A stretch of DNA of 64,000 bases, from the NCBI GenBank assembly GCA_024655965.1, contig JANLFL010000006.1, positions 879 to 64,878 on the forward strand, in the 5' to 3' direction. This DNA comes from Caldisericota bacterium. GTDB lineage: Bacteria > Caldisericota > JANLFM01. The stretch's first letter is position 1. Each line of letters starts with the position of its first letter. The notes beneath the pieces were generated by a model. The model had not been told where the DNA came from. It did not search any database and was given only the letters and a program-made list of their open reading frames with translations. A program made the position numbers and the translations under genes. Shown here in pieces: positions 47,565-56,684 of this stretch.

Positions 47565-49103
47565 GTGGAAAACCACGCTGTATTCATGGAGGGAATCGTC
47601 AAAAGATTCCCGGGTGTGTTGGCCAATGATCATGTAGACTTTGAGGTAAAAGCGGGGGAGGTACACGCCCTTCTGGGGGAAAACGGGGCTGGGAAGACCA
47701 CTTTAATGTCCATTCTTGCGGGGATTTACCGGCTGGACGCCGGACAAATTTTTATCAATGGAAGGAAAGTCCAAATCAAGAGTCCCCGTGACGCAATAAA
47801 GGAAGGAGTGGGCATGATCCACCAGAATTTCCTCCTGGTGAACTCCCACTCGGTCGCGGAAAATATCACCCTCGGATATGACCGCCCCAAGTTCTTCATG
47901 AACCGGAGGGAAATCGAAAAGGAAATCAAAGAAATCGGGGAAAAATTCGGCCTTTTCGTGGACCCCAAAGCAAAGATCTGGCAACTATCTGTTGGTGAAC
48001 AGCAGAGGGTGGAAATTTTAAAAATGCTCTTCCGCGGGGCAAAGATCCTGGTCATGGATGAACCAACAGCTGTCCTCACTCCTCAGGAAGTGAATGAACT
48101 TTTCTCCACCCTCCGTTCCATGGCTCAAGCTGGCCATGCGGTGGTTTTCATCAGCCACAAGCTTGATGAGGTGATGAGGATCTCGGACCGGGTCACCGTC
48201 TTGCGTAAAGGGAAGAAGGTAGCCACCCTGAATACCAGGGATACAACCCCTAACGAACTGGCCAGGTTGATGGTGGGAAGGGAGGTCTTCCTGGAAGTAA
48301 AGAAGACCGATCACCCGCCCGGGGAAAAGATCCTCCAGGTCTCCAGGCTGGAAGCCCTGTCCGATAAAGGCCTTCCCGCATTGAAGGGGATTAATCTCAT
48401 CATTCATTCGGGTGAAATCCTGGGGATTGCGGGAGTGGCGGGGAACGGACAGAGGGAACTTGCTGAAGTTATTTGCGGGCTTCGACCTGCAAGGGGCGGG
48501 AAAATATTAATCTGCGGGAAGGACCTCACCTCCGTTCCCCCAAGAAAGGTGATTGAAGAAAAGGTCGCCTACATCCCGGAGGACCGGAAGGGAATGGGCA
48601 CGGTTGGGAACCTGAGCGTCCTCGAAAACCTTGTTTTGAAGGATTATCGACGCTCACCGTTCAGTTCCGGGGCCTTTTTGAATTTGCGGCAACTCCGACA
48701 GCACGCTTCTACTTTGGTGGAAAAGTTCCAGATCCAGACTCCGAAATTGGAAACCCCCGCAAAGTTGCTCTCTGGAGGAAACATCCAGAGGTTAATCCTG
48801 GCAAGGGAAATTTCCTGTTCCCCGAAATTACTGGTTGCTGTCCACCCCACCCGTGGTCTGGATGTGAGCGCCACCGAATCGGTACATCGAATGTTGCTGG
48901 AGCAGAGGGAAAGCGGGGCGGCCATCCTCCTCATTTCGGAGGATCTCGATGAGCTCACAAGCCTTTCCGATTGGCTTGCGGTGATCTATGAGGGGGAGAT
49001 CATGGGGATAGTTGATCCCCGGAAGGCCTCACTTGAGGATATCGGGTTGATGATGGCGGGAAAAAAGAGACAAACTCCCCAGGAAGCGGTGATCGAAGCA
49101 TGA
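47565..49103 (+). CDS. Nucleoside/sugar ABC transporter ATP-binding protein (tandem ABC domains)
   Basis: GENGAGKTTL, LSVGEQQRVEILK, VMDEPTAVL and a second ABC domain. I place the start at the GTG at 47565, 9 nt after AAGGGG and downstream of the hairpin. The ATG at 47586 is an alternative start. Confidence 0.88.
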   Translation: MENHAVFMEGIVKRFPGVLANDHVDFEVKAGEVHALLGENGAGKTTLMSILAGIYRLDAGQIFINGRKVQIKSPRDAIKEGVGMIHQNFLLVNSHSVAENITLGYDRPKFFMNRREIEKEIKEIGEKFGLFVDPKAKIWQLSVGEQQRVEILKMLFRGAKILVMDEPTAVLTPQEVNELFSTLRSMAQAGHAVVFISHKLDEVMRISDRVTVLRKGKKVATLNTRDTTPNELARLMVGREVFLEVKKTDHPPGEKILQVSRLEALSDKGLPALKGINLIIHSGEILGIAGVAGNGQRELAEVICGLRPARGGKILICGKDLTSVPPRKVIEEKVAYIPEDRKGMGTVGNLSVLENLVLKDYRRSPFSSGAFLNLRQLRQHASTLVEKFQIQTPKLETPAKLLSGGNIQRLILAREISCSPKLLVAVHPTRGLDVSATESVHRMLLEQRESGAAILLISEDLDELTSLSDWLAVIYEGEIMGIVDPRKASLEDIGLMMAGKKRQTPQEAVIEA

Positions 49104-50155
49104 GTTTTGTCTTAGAAAAAAGGGAGAGATCCTCCCCCCTCGTTAATTTTCTGGTCCCCACCCTTTCCATTGTTCTCGCCCTCCTTCTTGGGGCTTTGAT
49201 CATTTATCTTTCCGGTTTTTCCCCCAAAGAAGCATACCTTGAAATGTTCAATGGATCTTTCGGCTCGGGTTACGCATTTTCTGAGACCATCGTCAAGGCC
49301 ATTCCTTTAATGCTTTGTGCCCTGGGGGTTGGTTTTGCTTTCCGGACAGTTCTGTGGAACATTGGCGCCGAGGGACAGCTTTATATGGGTGCCTGGGCTG
49401 CTGGCTGGATTGCTTTGAATTTTCCCCAGGGACAGTCCTGGTGGCTGATTCCCTCGATGATGGTCGCGGGTTTTCTTGCGGGAGCGTTTTGGGGGTTAAT
49501 CCCCGGAATCCTTAAAGCTTCCCTCAACGTGAATGAAATTATCACCTCCTTGCTCTTAAACTACGTTGCCATCCTCTGGGTTGATTATTTCGTCTACGGT
49601 CCCTGGAAGGACCCCAAGGGTTATGGATTCCCCTTTAGCCCCTTTTTTGGCGAAGGGGCCTGGCTCCCCACCTTTTTCGGGACCAGGATTCACCTGGGTC
49701 TTGTTTTTGCCCTCCTCGCCGCTCTTCTCATTTTCTTCCTTTTAAGGAGCACCAGGCTGGGTTTTGAAGTGAGGGTGATCGGGGAAAACCCTCAGGCTGC
49801 AAGGTATGCCGGGATGAACATCTTCCGGACGGTTATCCTGGTCTTCATGATTTCGGGTGGTTTAGCCGGTCTTGCGGGAATGGCTGAAGTTTCCGGGGTA
49901 ATCCATAGGATGCAACACGCCATTTCCCCCGGTTACGGTTATACCGCAATCATCATTGCCTGGCTTTCCCGGTTAAACCCCCTCGTTACCGTGGTCGTCT
50001 CTATCCTTTTCGGCGGTCTGCTTGTGGGAGGATTTTCCGTTCGCTCCCTGGGTTTATCCGAATCCCTGGTTTACGTAATTCAGGGGATCATCCTCTTCCT
50101 TTTGCTCGCAGGTGACATTTTGACCAGGTACCGCTTATCCTGGAGGAAAGGGTAA
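49100..50155 (+). CDS. ABC transporter permease (BMP/nucleoside system)
   Basis: 351 aa and polytopic. ATGA overlap with the ATPase gene. Confidence 0.88.
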   Translation: MSFVLEKRERSSPLVNFLVPTLSIVLALLLGALIIYLSGFSPKEAYLEMFNGSFGSGYAFSETIVKAIPLMLCALGVGFAFRTVLWNIGAEGQLYMGAWAAGWIALNFPQGQSWWLIPSMMVAGFLAGAFWGLIPGILKASLNVNEIITSLLLNYVAILWVDYFVYGPWKDPKGYGFPFSPFFGEGAWLPTFFGTRIHLGLVFALLAALLIFFLLRSTRLGFEVRVIGENPQAARYAGMNIFRTVILVFMISGGLAGLAGMAEVSGVIHRMQHAISPGYGYTAIIIAWLSRLNPLVTVVVSILFGGLLVGGFSVRSLGLSESLVYVIQGIILFLLLAGDILTRYRLSWRKG

Positions 50156-51090
50156 TGAACATCGATATCGTCATCGCCACACTTTCGGCGACAATCAAAG
50201 CAGGAACCCCGCTCCTTTTCGCCACTTTAGGGGAGGTCCTCGCCGAAAGAGCAGGGATCTTGAACCTCGGTTTAGAGGGCATGATGCTCGTGGGAGCCCT
50301 AACTGGATTTTTCATCTGCTTCCTTACCTCAAATCCTTGGCTGGGACTCCTGGTAGCTCTTTTCTCCGGAGCACTTATTGCCCTCATTCATGGTTTCTTG
50401 ACAATTAATTTGAAAGCGAACCAGGTGGTCTCCGGTTTGGCCCTTACTCTTTTTGGGACTGGGCTTTCCGGTTTTCTGGGAAAGATGGTGATCGGGGTTC
50501 CCATCCCCAACTACTTCACCCCGGTTGGGATCCCTGGACTAGAACAGATCCCCTTCATTGGCCCCATCTTTTTTAAGCAGGATCCCCTTGTGTATCTGAG
50601 TTACATTCTCGTTCCCTTCTTTGCTTTCTGGATCTACCGGACCAGACCTGGCTTACACTTAAGGGCTGTTGGGGAGAATCCGGCTGCTGCCGACGCCCTT
50701 GGGGTTAACGTTTATGGTGTCCGTTACCTATACACCTTGATCGGAGGAGCACTTGCGGGAATCGCGGGCGCTTACCTTTCCCTCGCTTACACTCCTGTCT
50801 GGATCGAGAACATGACGGCTGGAAGGGGATGGATCGCCATTGCCCTGGTGATTTTCGCCACCTGGGACCCCTTCAAAGCCCTTCTTGGTTCTTACTTGTT
50901 TGGACTGGTGGATGCCATCCAATTCCGTCTTCAAGCGGTAGGAGTTGCCGTCCCTTCATTTTTCCTCAACATGACCCCTTATATCGCCACGATCATAGTT
51001 TTGATCTTCGCCACCACCGAAACGGCCCGCAGGCGGATTGGGGCTCCCGCAGCCCTGGGGTTGCCGTATGAGCGCGAGGAGAAATCCTGA
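50155..51090 (+). CDS. ABC transporter permease (BMP/nucleoside system), second subunit
   Basis: 311 aa and polytopic. TAATG junction with the first permease gene. Confidence 0.88.
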   Translation: MNIDIVIATLSATIKAGTPLLFATLGEVLAERAGILNLGLEGMMLVGALTGFFICFLTSNPWLGLLVALFSGALIALIHGFLTINLKANQVVSGLALTLFGTGLSGFLGKMVIGVPIPNYFTPVGIPGLEQIPFIGPIFFKQDPLVYLSYILVPFFAFWIYRTRPGLHLRAVGENPAAADALGVNVYGVRYLYTLIGGALAGIAGAYLSLAYTPVWIENMTAGRGWIAIALVIFATWDPFKALLGSYLFGLVDAIQFRLQAVGVAVPSFFLNMTPYIATIIVLIFATTETARRRIGAPAALGLPYEREEKS

Positions 51091-51091
51091 G

Positions 51092-51208
51092 ATGAGGAAG
51101 AAATTGGTCATCTTTGCTATAGGGTTGGTTTTCGTGGGCCTGGGACTTTTTATTCTCTGGAGGCTTGGCCGTAAGCAGGTCGCTCTTTTTGATTTTTTGG
51201 AGGACTAA
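51092..51208 (+). CDS. Possible 38-aa single-pass membrane peptide
   Basis: My translation is MRKKLVIFAIGLVFVGLGLFILWRLGRKQVALFDFLED. The ATG lies 1 nt after the permease stop, and one hydrophobic helix is flanked by basic residues. I recognise no homologue. Confidence 0.3.
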   Translation: MRKKLVIFAIGLVFVGLGLFILWRLGRKQVALFDFLED

Positions 51209-51212
51209 AAAT

Positions 51213-51290
51213 GGGTTAGGGTTTACTCCCTAACCCAAGAAGACACGGTTTATTTGGTTACCATTAATTAACCAACCCGTCTTCCGCTTT
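51213..51290. terminator. Convergent terminator region with two hairpins
   Basis: Hairpin 1 pairs GGGTTAGGG with CCCTAACCC (51213-51236), with a T-run on the minus strand (51207-51211). Hairpin 2 is imperfect, GAAGAC..TTGGTTA pairing with TAACCAA..GTCTTC (51239-51284), followed by CGCTTTTAATTT on the plus strand. Confidence 0.5.
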
Positions 51291-51337
51291 TAATTTACCT
51301 TTTTCCCCTTTAAAAATCAAATACCTTAAAAAGTGCA

Positions 51338-52447
51338 TTAAATCCCCATTATTTCCGCCCTTATGCGTAAAGCGTCCAGAAGCCCCTGTCGGGTGATGAT
51401 CCCGATCAACTTTCCATCTTCCATTACTGGGAGTCTGCCAACGTTCTTGGAAGTCATTTTTAAGAGAGCGTCGTAGGCGTTCTCCTCTGGGGAAACCGTT
51501 TCGATCTGATCCATGGGGGTCATAATTTGCCTGACGGTTTCTGAATTCCACTGATCCCTGGGTATTTTTTTTAAATCCCCGATTGTCACAATCCCCAGGA
51601 CTTCATCCCCCCAGGAGACAAAAAAGGCTGTCTGCTGGAAGCCAAGGAAATGTTCCCGGGCAAGTTCTTCGAGGGTAATGTTGGGAGGGACGCTTTTGAT
51701 TTCCGTCTCCATGATGGAGCGAACAGTTAATCCCGAAAGGGCTTGCTTTATCAGAAGTTGCTGATAGCTGGATTCCGCAGAATTCTGGAGGAACCAACCG
51801 AGGATGATCCACCATAGTCCGGTGACCAGGTTCCCCTGAAGGAGGGAGAAGAAGCCCAGAAAGATTAAAAAATAGGAAAAAACGATCCCCGTGGAAGTCG
51901 CAATCCTCGTGGCTTGCTTGTAGTCCTTTTTCCACTTCCAGAGGATTGCTCTCAAGACTCTTCCTCCGTCGAGAGGGAAAGCGGGGAAAAGGTTGAATAC
52001 CGCAAGCAGGACGTTGATCAAGAAAAGGTACGAAAGGATGGCAGAGGAGATCTCCTCCGGGGAAAGATATGCCAGGAGGAAGAAGATTCCCGCCAGAACC
52101 AGGCTGGCTATGGGCCCCGAAAGGGAAATTAGAAGTTCCGAATTGGCTTCCTTTGGCTCTTCGGTGCTCTGGGCAACCCCTCCGAAGATGAAGAGGGTGA
52201 TGCTCTTCACTTCGGTGCCTTTTTTGATGGCCACCAAGGAATGGGCGAGTTCGTGGACCAGCACTCCCCCGAAAAGAAATATCGTGGAGATGGCCCCCGC
52301 TGCCCAGTAACTAATTCCGCTCCAGCCGGGGAAGTATTGGGGGAAATACCCTGAAGCAAGGCTCCAGGTGAAGAGGAAAAAGACGATCAGCCAGGTGTAA
52401 TGGACTTCAATTGATATCCCGAATACTTTTCCAATTTTTATTTTCAT
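51338..52447 (-). CDS. Site-2 (M50) metalloprotease with a C-terminal CBS pair
   Basis: HELAHSLV (HExxH) in a polytopic N-terminal half. [12 protein letters not shown] matches the LDG motif. CBS-like repeats occupy the C-terminal part. Confidence 0.88.
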   Translation of the reverse strand: MKIKIGKVFGISIEVHYTWLIVFFLFTWSLASGYFPQYFPGWSGISYWAAGAISTIFLFGGVLVHELAHSLVAIKKGTEVKSITLFIFGGVAQSTEEPKEANSELLISLSGPIASLVLAGIFFLLAYLSPEEISSAILSYLFLINVLLAVFNLFPAFPLDGGRVLRAILWKWKKDYKQATRIATSTGIVFSYFLIFLGFFSLLQGNLVTGLWWIILGWFLQNSAESSYQQLLIKQALSGLTVRSIMETEIKSVPPNITLEELAREHFLGFQQTAFFVSWGDEVLGIVTIGDLKKIPRDQWNSETVRQIMTPMDQIETVSPEENAYDALLKMTSKNVGRLPVMEDGKLIGIITRQGLLDALRIRAEIMGI

Positions 52448-52549
52448 GGCTTCCCCTTAAAATAGTTTAACATTTGCGCCCCCTTTAATTTAATCCCATT
52501 TTCTGGTACACTAACCACCTGTGAAAAATTCCCATTAGGGGGTTATTGA

Positions 52550-52642
52550 ATGGGCTCAGTACTTAAAAAACGACGGAAAAAGATTAGCAAACACAAACTG
52601 AAAAAGCGTCGCAAAGCACAAAGACATAAGAGGAAGAAATAA
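52550..52642 (+). CDS. 30-aa highly basic protein resembling ribosomal protein bS22 (AURKAIP1/COX24-like family)
   Basis: Not in the ORF track. My translation is MGSVLKKRRKKISKHKLKKRRKAQRHKRKK. AGGGGG lies 7 nt upstream. It matches my recollection of actinobacterial bS22 ([21 protein letters not shown]...). Confidence 0.65.
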   Translation: MGSVLKKRRKKISKHKLKKRRKAQRHKRKK

Positions 52643-52700
52643 TCCTGGTTTCCTTTCTTTTCTAAAATCGTTGGAATTCAGGATCTGAAATTTCAAAAAA

Positions 52701-52761
52701 GGACCCTTTCCCGAGATAACCTCCCGATTTTCTCTGAAATAGGAAGGGGTCCTTTATTTTT
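52701..52761. terminator. Putative bidirectional terminator between the bS22-like ORF and the DUF59 gene
   Basis: GGACCCTTTCC (52701-52711) pairs with GGAAGGGGTCC (52742-52752) as 11 bp with one G-U pair. AAAAAA lies upstream and TTTATTTTT downstream. The 30-nt loop weakens the call. Confidence 0.4.
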
Positions 52762-52787
52762 CCGGGTAAAATGGACGGGGAAGGGCT

Positions 52788-53102
52788 TTAGGGCTCGATC
52801 TTCCTCTGGTCAAATAATTTCTCTAAAGCTTCCTTGTTGATTCTTTCCGGGGTCCATGGGGGATCCCACACCACCTCAACTGATGCCTCCTTAATCCCTT
52901 CAACCTTCAGGAGCCTCTCCCGTACTTCCGCGGAAAGGATTTCGGAGAGCGGGCAACCCGGGGCGGTGAGCGTCAATTTCACATGAACGTTATCATTGGA
53001 GATCTGAACGTCGTAAATCAACCCCAGATCGACGATGTTTATAGGAATTTCGGGATCGTAAACCTCTTTTAAAGCGGTAAGAATATCTTCTTTCGTGGGC
53101 AT
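52788..53102 (-). CDS. DUF59/MIP18-family Fe-S assembly protein (SufT/PaaD-like)
   Basis: ILTALKEVYDPEIPINIVDLGLIYDV...LTAPGCPL. Confidence 0.88.
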   Translation of the reverse strand: MPTKEDILTALKEVYDPEIPINIVDLGLIYDVQISNDNVHVKLTLTAPGCPLSEILSAEVRERLLKVEGIKEASVEVVWDPPWTPERINKEALEKLFDQRKIEP

Positions 53103-53198
53103 TATTTTCTCCTTTTTGTTTTCTTATTAATATTTACAGGAATTTTGAGGGAAAAATTCCAAATTGCCTCTTTTCCCTTCCTTTTGTATTTTACTCTT

Positions 53199-53816
53199 AT
53201 GCAAAATGAAATAGGGAAAATCATCGAAGAATTTATCCTCAATTTTGGCTTCTGGGCTGTTTTATTAACCATGACCGTGGAGAGCATGGGAATGCCCTTG
53301 CCCTCCGAGGTGATCATGCCCTTTGCTGGTTTCCTCGTTAGTATGGGGCAGATGGAGATGTGGGAGGCGGTTCTGGCAGGGACATTTGGTTGCTCGGCGG
53401 GATCCTACCTTTCTTATGTTTTAGGGAGGAAATGGGGAGATCAAGTGATCTCCAGAATTGGGAAATTCCTCCTTATTACCCCCCATGCGATGGAAAGGGG
53501 GATGAATTGGTTTAAGAAATATGGAACTTCCGTGGTTTTCTGGGCCCGTCTTCTTCCGGTGGTCAGGGGAGTGATCTCTTACCCGGCAGGATCAGCCAAA
53601 ATCCCCCTGCTTCTCTTTCTCCTCCTTTCTACTTTGGGGTCATTGATCTGGTGCTGGCTTCTTGCCTATCTTGGTTTTCTCCTCGAGGAAAACTGGAGGG
53701 TTATCCATCACACCATTTCCGGGCCCACCCTTTATGTTGTCCTGGGGGTGGTTGTCCTGGTCTTTTTAGCCCTGGGATTCTTTCTCTGGAGAAGATCCCG
53801 GAAAAAGACCCTCTGA
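53199..53816 (+). CDS. DedA-family membrane protein
   Basis: VESMGMPLPSEVIMPFAGFL...FWARLLPVVRGVISYPAG. The ATG at 53199 is preferred. The TTG at 53145 is an alternative start. Confidence 0.82.
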   Translation: MQNEIGKIIEEFILNFGFWAVLLTMTVESMGMPLPSEVIMPFAGFLVSMGQMEMWEAVLAGTFGCSAGSYLSYVLGRKWGDQVISRIGKFLLITPHAMERGMNWFKKYGTSVVFWARLLPVVRGVISYPAGSAKIPLLLFLLLSTLGSLIWCWLLAYLGFLLEENWRVIHHTISGPTLYVVLGVVVLVFLALGFFLWRRSRKKTL

Positions 53817-54725
53817 ATTAGGGGAGGTTTCTTCCAAAAGCAGGGCTCTGATTTGCCAGGCGTTTATCACAGCCCTGTCCCGGAAACAATTATTGAAAAG
53901 GACGTGAACTTGTTTAGTTTTGCTCTGGAGTTCCCGGATTTTTGGTACCCATTCTCCCAGTTCCCCCTCGCTGTAAAGGTAATTGAACCGTTCTGCAGCG
54001 GTTAACCCTTTTTTCTCCCATGTTTCCCGATTCCTCCCGTGGAACCTGATGATCCCGATTTCCGAAGTGGCCTCGACTATGGGAGGAATGCTGGATTTGA
54101 AGCCCTGGGGCTCGTCCACGCAGACGTATGAAAGGTTGTTTCTTCTCAGGAAGGAAAGGGCTTTCTCTCGATTCCTTTCGCTCAACCATAGCCCATTCCG
54201 GAATTCGACGGCAATCCGGAACTGGGGAAGTTTTTCCTGGCACTTCAGGATGTGATTTAAAGCCTCCGCGCTGGGGTTAAACCAGGGAGGAAATTGGAAG
54301 AGGACCACTCCCAGCTTTCCCGAACTGTCAAGGGGGAGGAGCGATCGCTCGAACCTCTTCCAGAGTTCTTCTTCAATTTCCGCCGGCAAATCTCTCAAAT
54401 AATAGTACTTTTTCTCTTCCGAAAGCCGGGGAAGCTCTTTCCTGAGATCCTGGGGGAAAGCTTGAGGGGGTGTGGGGTGTAGGGTGAAGATGCGGAAGGC
54501 TTTAAGGTCAAAGATAAACCCCCTATTTGTTCTTTCAACCCATAGGCCGCTGGTTTTCTGGTTGGGTAGGGCATAATAAGTGCTATCAACTTCTACGATG
54601 GGGAACTGACTGGAGTAATACTGGAGGCGCTCTTCCGGAGTTTTTACCCAATCGGGATAAAACCCCTTACTCTCAATCAAGGTGGGGTCTGTCCAGGAAC
54701 ATGTTCCCACGAGAATTTCACCCAT
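53766..54725 (-). CDS. DUF72 (UPF0759) family protein
   Basis: ILVGTCSWTDPTL...LQYYSSQFPIVEVDSTYYALP...VVLFQFPPWF. Its 3' end overlaps the dedA 3' end by 51 nt. Confidence 0.85.
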   Translation of the reverse strand: MGEILVGTCSWTDPTLIESKGFYPDWVKTPEERLQYYSSQFPIVEVDSTYYALPNQKTSGLWVERTNRGFIFDLKAFRIFTLHPTPPQAFPQDLRKELPRLSEEKKYYYLRDLPAEIEEELWKRFERSLLPLDSSGKLGVVLFQFPPWFNPSAEALNHILKCQEKLPQFRIAVEFRNGLWLSERNREKALSFLRRNNLSYVCVDEPQGFKSSIPPIVEATSEIGIIRFHGRNRETWEKKGLTAAERFNYLYSEGELGEWVPKIRELQSKTKQVHVLFNNCFRDRAVINAWQIRALLLEETSPNSEGLFPGSSPEKESQG

Positions 54726-54810
54726 ATCTTCTTTATTTTAACTGTCCCCGGCTCTTTTGTTCCATGGAAAAGAAAAAGGGGGATTGAGAGAAAAAAATAT
54801 TTTTGGTCTA

Positions 54811-54868
54811 TTGACTTTTCCCAGGATTTGAAAATAATTTTATAGAGTGAATTCTTTTTTCAAAGAAT
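54811..54868 (+). promoter_or_regulatory. Candidate promoter and palindromic operator upstream of eda
   Basis: TTGACT (54811-54816), an 18-nt spacer and TAATTT (54835-54840). An inverted repeat follows, ATTCTTT-tttc-AAAGAAT (54851-54868), 38 nt before the eda ATG. An IclR regulator is encoded in the same operon. Confidence 0.4.
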
Positions 54869-54906
54869 GAAAAAATTTTTAAATTTTTCTGATCAAAGGA
54901 GAGACT

Positions 54907-55566
54907 ATGAATCCTTTGGAATCAATTCAAAAGATCCTTCAAAGCGGAATCATTGCCATCATGCGAGCCCCCAGTTCTAAACAACTCCTCGACGCTGCGA
55001 GCGCAATCTTAGAAGGTGGGTTGGATGTAATCGAGGTAGCGATGACCACTCCCGGAGCCCTTGAAGTCGTTAGAGGCGCGGTAAGCCAATTTGGAGACAA
55101 GGTCCTTTTCGGGGCGGGAACAGTTTTGGACCCCGAGACCGCCAGGGCCGCAATCCTTTCTGGAGCTCAATTTGTAGTTAGCCCCTCCTTGAACCTTAAG
55201 GTCATTGAAATTTGTAAGCGATATTCAGTTCCCGTAATTCCTGGGGCTTACACTCCCACGGAGATCGTCTCCGCCTGGGAGGCTGGAGCTGATATGGTTA
55301 AGGTTTTTCCGGCAAGTATTGGAGGGCCGGAATACATTAAAGCACTTCGTGGTCCCCTTCCCCAGGTCCTTCTCGCTGCGGTGGGAGGAGTGAACCTGGA
55401 AAATACCAAGGAATTTATTCAGGCGGGGGTGGATGTGGTTGGAGTTGGAGCAGATCTGGTAAACCCCAAACTCCTGGAGGAAAGAAATTTCCAGGAAATT
55501 TCCAAGCGGGCGAGAGATTTCAAGCTTGAAGTGGAAAAAGGGCGCGAGTTGCGGAGGAAGAAATGA
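54907..55566 (+). CDS. eda: KDPG/KHG aldolase
   Basis: IIAIMRAPS...GGLDVIEVAMTTPGA...GAGTVL...VKVFPA (Schiff-base Lys context). Confidence 0.9.
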   Translation: MNPLESIQKILQSGIIAIMRAPSSKQLLDAASAILEGGLDVIEVAMTTPGALEVVRGAVSQFGDKVLFGAGTVLDPETARAAILSGAQFVVSPSLNLKVIEICKRYSVPVIPGAYTPTEIVSAWEAGADMVKVFPASIGGPEYIKALRGPLPQVLLAAVGGVNLENTKEFIQAGVDVVGVGADLVNPKLLEERNFQEISKRARDFKLEVEKGRELRRKK

Positions 55567-55850
55567 TTGAAAGACACGTTACATTCAAGGTAATCCCCGG
55601 AAAAGAAAAGGAATTCGAAAGGCTCTTTGTGGAGGAATATCGCCCAGCAATGTCCAAAATGAAGGGGTTCCGAAGCGTCTACCTTCTTTTCGAGGAGGAT
55701 GATCCCCAAAATTATCAAATGGTGATCCGGTTTGATTCCCCCGAGGAAGCCCTGGCCTGGAGAAGCTCACCCGAGCACCAGGCCCTCCAGCCAAAGATTA
55801 AGTCCCTTTATGAAGGGAGCCAGGTGAAAGTTTACCGGGTTGTTTCATGA
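55563..55850 (+). CDS. Antibiotic-biosynthesis-monooxygenase (ABM/Dabb) domain protein
   Basis: 95 aa. HVTFKVIPGKEKEFERLF...GFRSVYLL...YQMVIRFDSPEEALAWRSSPEH. ATGA overlaps on both sides. Confidence 0.75.
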   Translation: MIERHVTFKVIPGKEKEFERLFVEEYRPAMSKMKGFRSVYLLFEEDDPQNYQMVIRFDSPEEALAWRSSPEHQALQPKIKSLYEGSQVKVYRVVS

Positions 55851-56680
55851 GCCCCAAGAAAGTGCGCCCTCCGGAAGAGAAAAAGAGCCGGTACAGCGTA
55901 CGGGTCTTGGAGAGGGCATTTAATATTCTGCAAATTTTGTCCGATGGGAGACCTCGCACTCTGGCTGAAATTTGTGAAGCAATCCATCTAAGTCCCAGCA
56001 CCACTTACCGTTTTCTGGCTACTCTTTTGGGTTTTCGGTTAGTTTCCAAGGATCCCAGAAACCATTATTCCCTTGGCTTGGCCTCCCTGGAGCTTGCCCG
56101 CTCCTTTCTTGAAAGCAATGACCTTAGAAAGGTTGCTCTCCCGGAAATCGAGGCCCTTAGAAATGAGGTCAAGGAGACCGTTCATCTCGCCATCCTCAAT
56201 GAGATGGAGGTTGTTTACCTGGAAAAGCTCCCGGGATTACACGCCATTGGCTTAATGGGTTCCCGCGTCGGAGGGAGAGCTCCCGCTTATTGTACGGGCT
56301 TGGGGAAGGTCCTTCTTGCCTTTTCTCCCCCTTCCGAGGTGAGGGAATATTTCCAGACTCACCCCCTCAAAATCTTCACCGAAAAAACAATCACCGATCT
56401 TAAATCATTAGAAAGGGAATTGGAGGAAATTCGTCGAAAAGGTTACGCCCTTGACCGTGGGGAGCACGAGACTGAGGTACGGTGCGTGGCTGCCCCCATA
56501 TTTGATATTAGCGGGAGGGTGGTTGGGGCCCTGAGTATTTCTGGTCCTGCGGGCCGCTTTGAGCCCTTGGAGGAAAACACCTATCTGATCGAAAAAGCCT
56601 GCAAAACCGCAGCAAATATTTCCCAAAAGCTTGGTTTTCATTCTCCTTCCCGGGGAAATCCCACAAACGATAAGGGGTGA
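55847..56680 (+). CDS. IclR-family transcriptional regulator (KdgR-like)
   Basis: The wHTH region reads VRVLERAFNILQILSDGRPRTLAEICEAIHLSPSTTYRFL. An IclR effector domain is present (GEHETEVRCVAAPIFD). Confidence 0.9.
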   Translation: MSPKKVRPPEEKKSRYSVRVLERAFNILQILSDGRPRTLAEICEAIHLSPSTTYRFLATLLGFRLVSKDPRNHYSLGLASLELARSFLESNDLRKVALPEIEALRNEVKETVHLAILNEMEVVYLEKLPGLHAIGLMGSRVGGRAPAYCTGLGKVLLAFSPPSEVREYFQTHPLKIFTEKTITDLKSLERELEEIRRKGYALDRGEHETEVRCVAAPIFDISGRVVGALSISGPAGRFEPLEENTYLIEKACKTAANISQKLGFHSPSRGNPTNDKG

Positions 56681-56684
56681 AATT

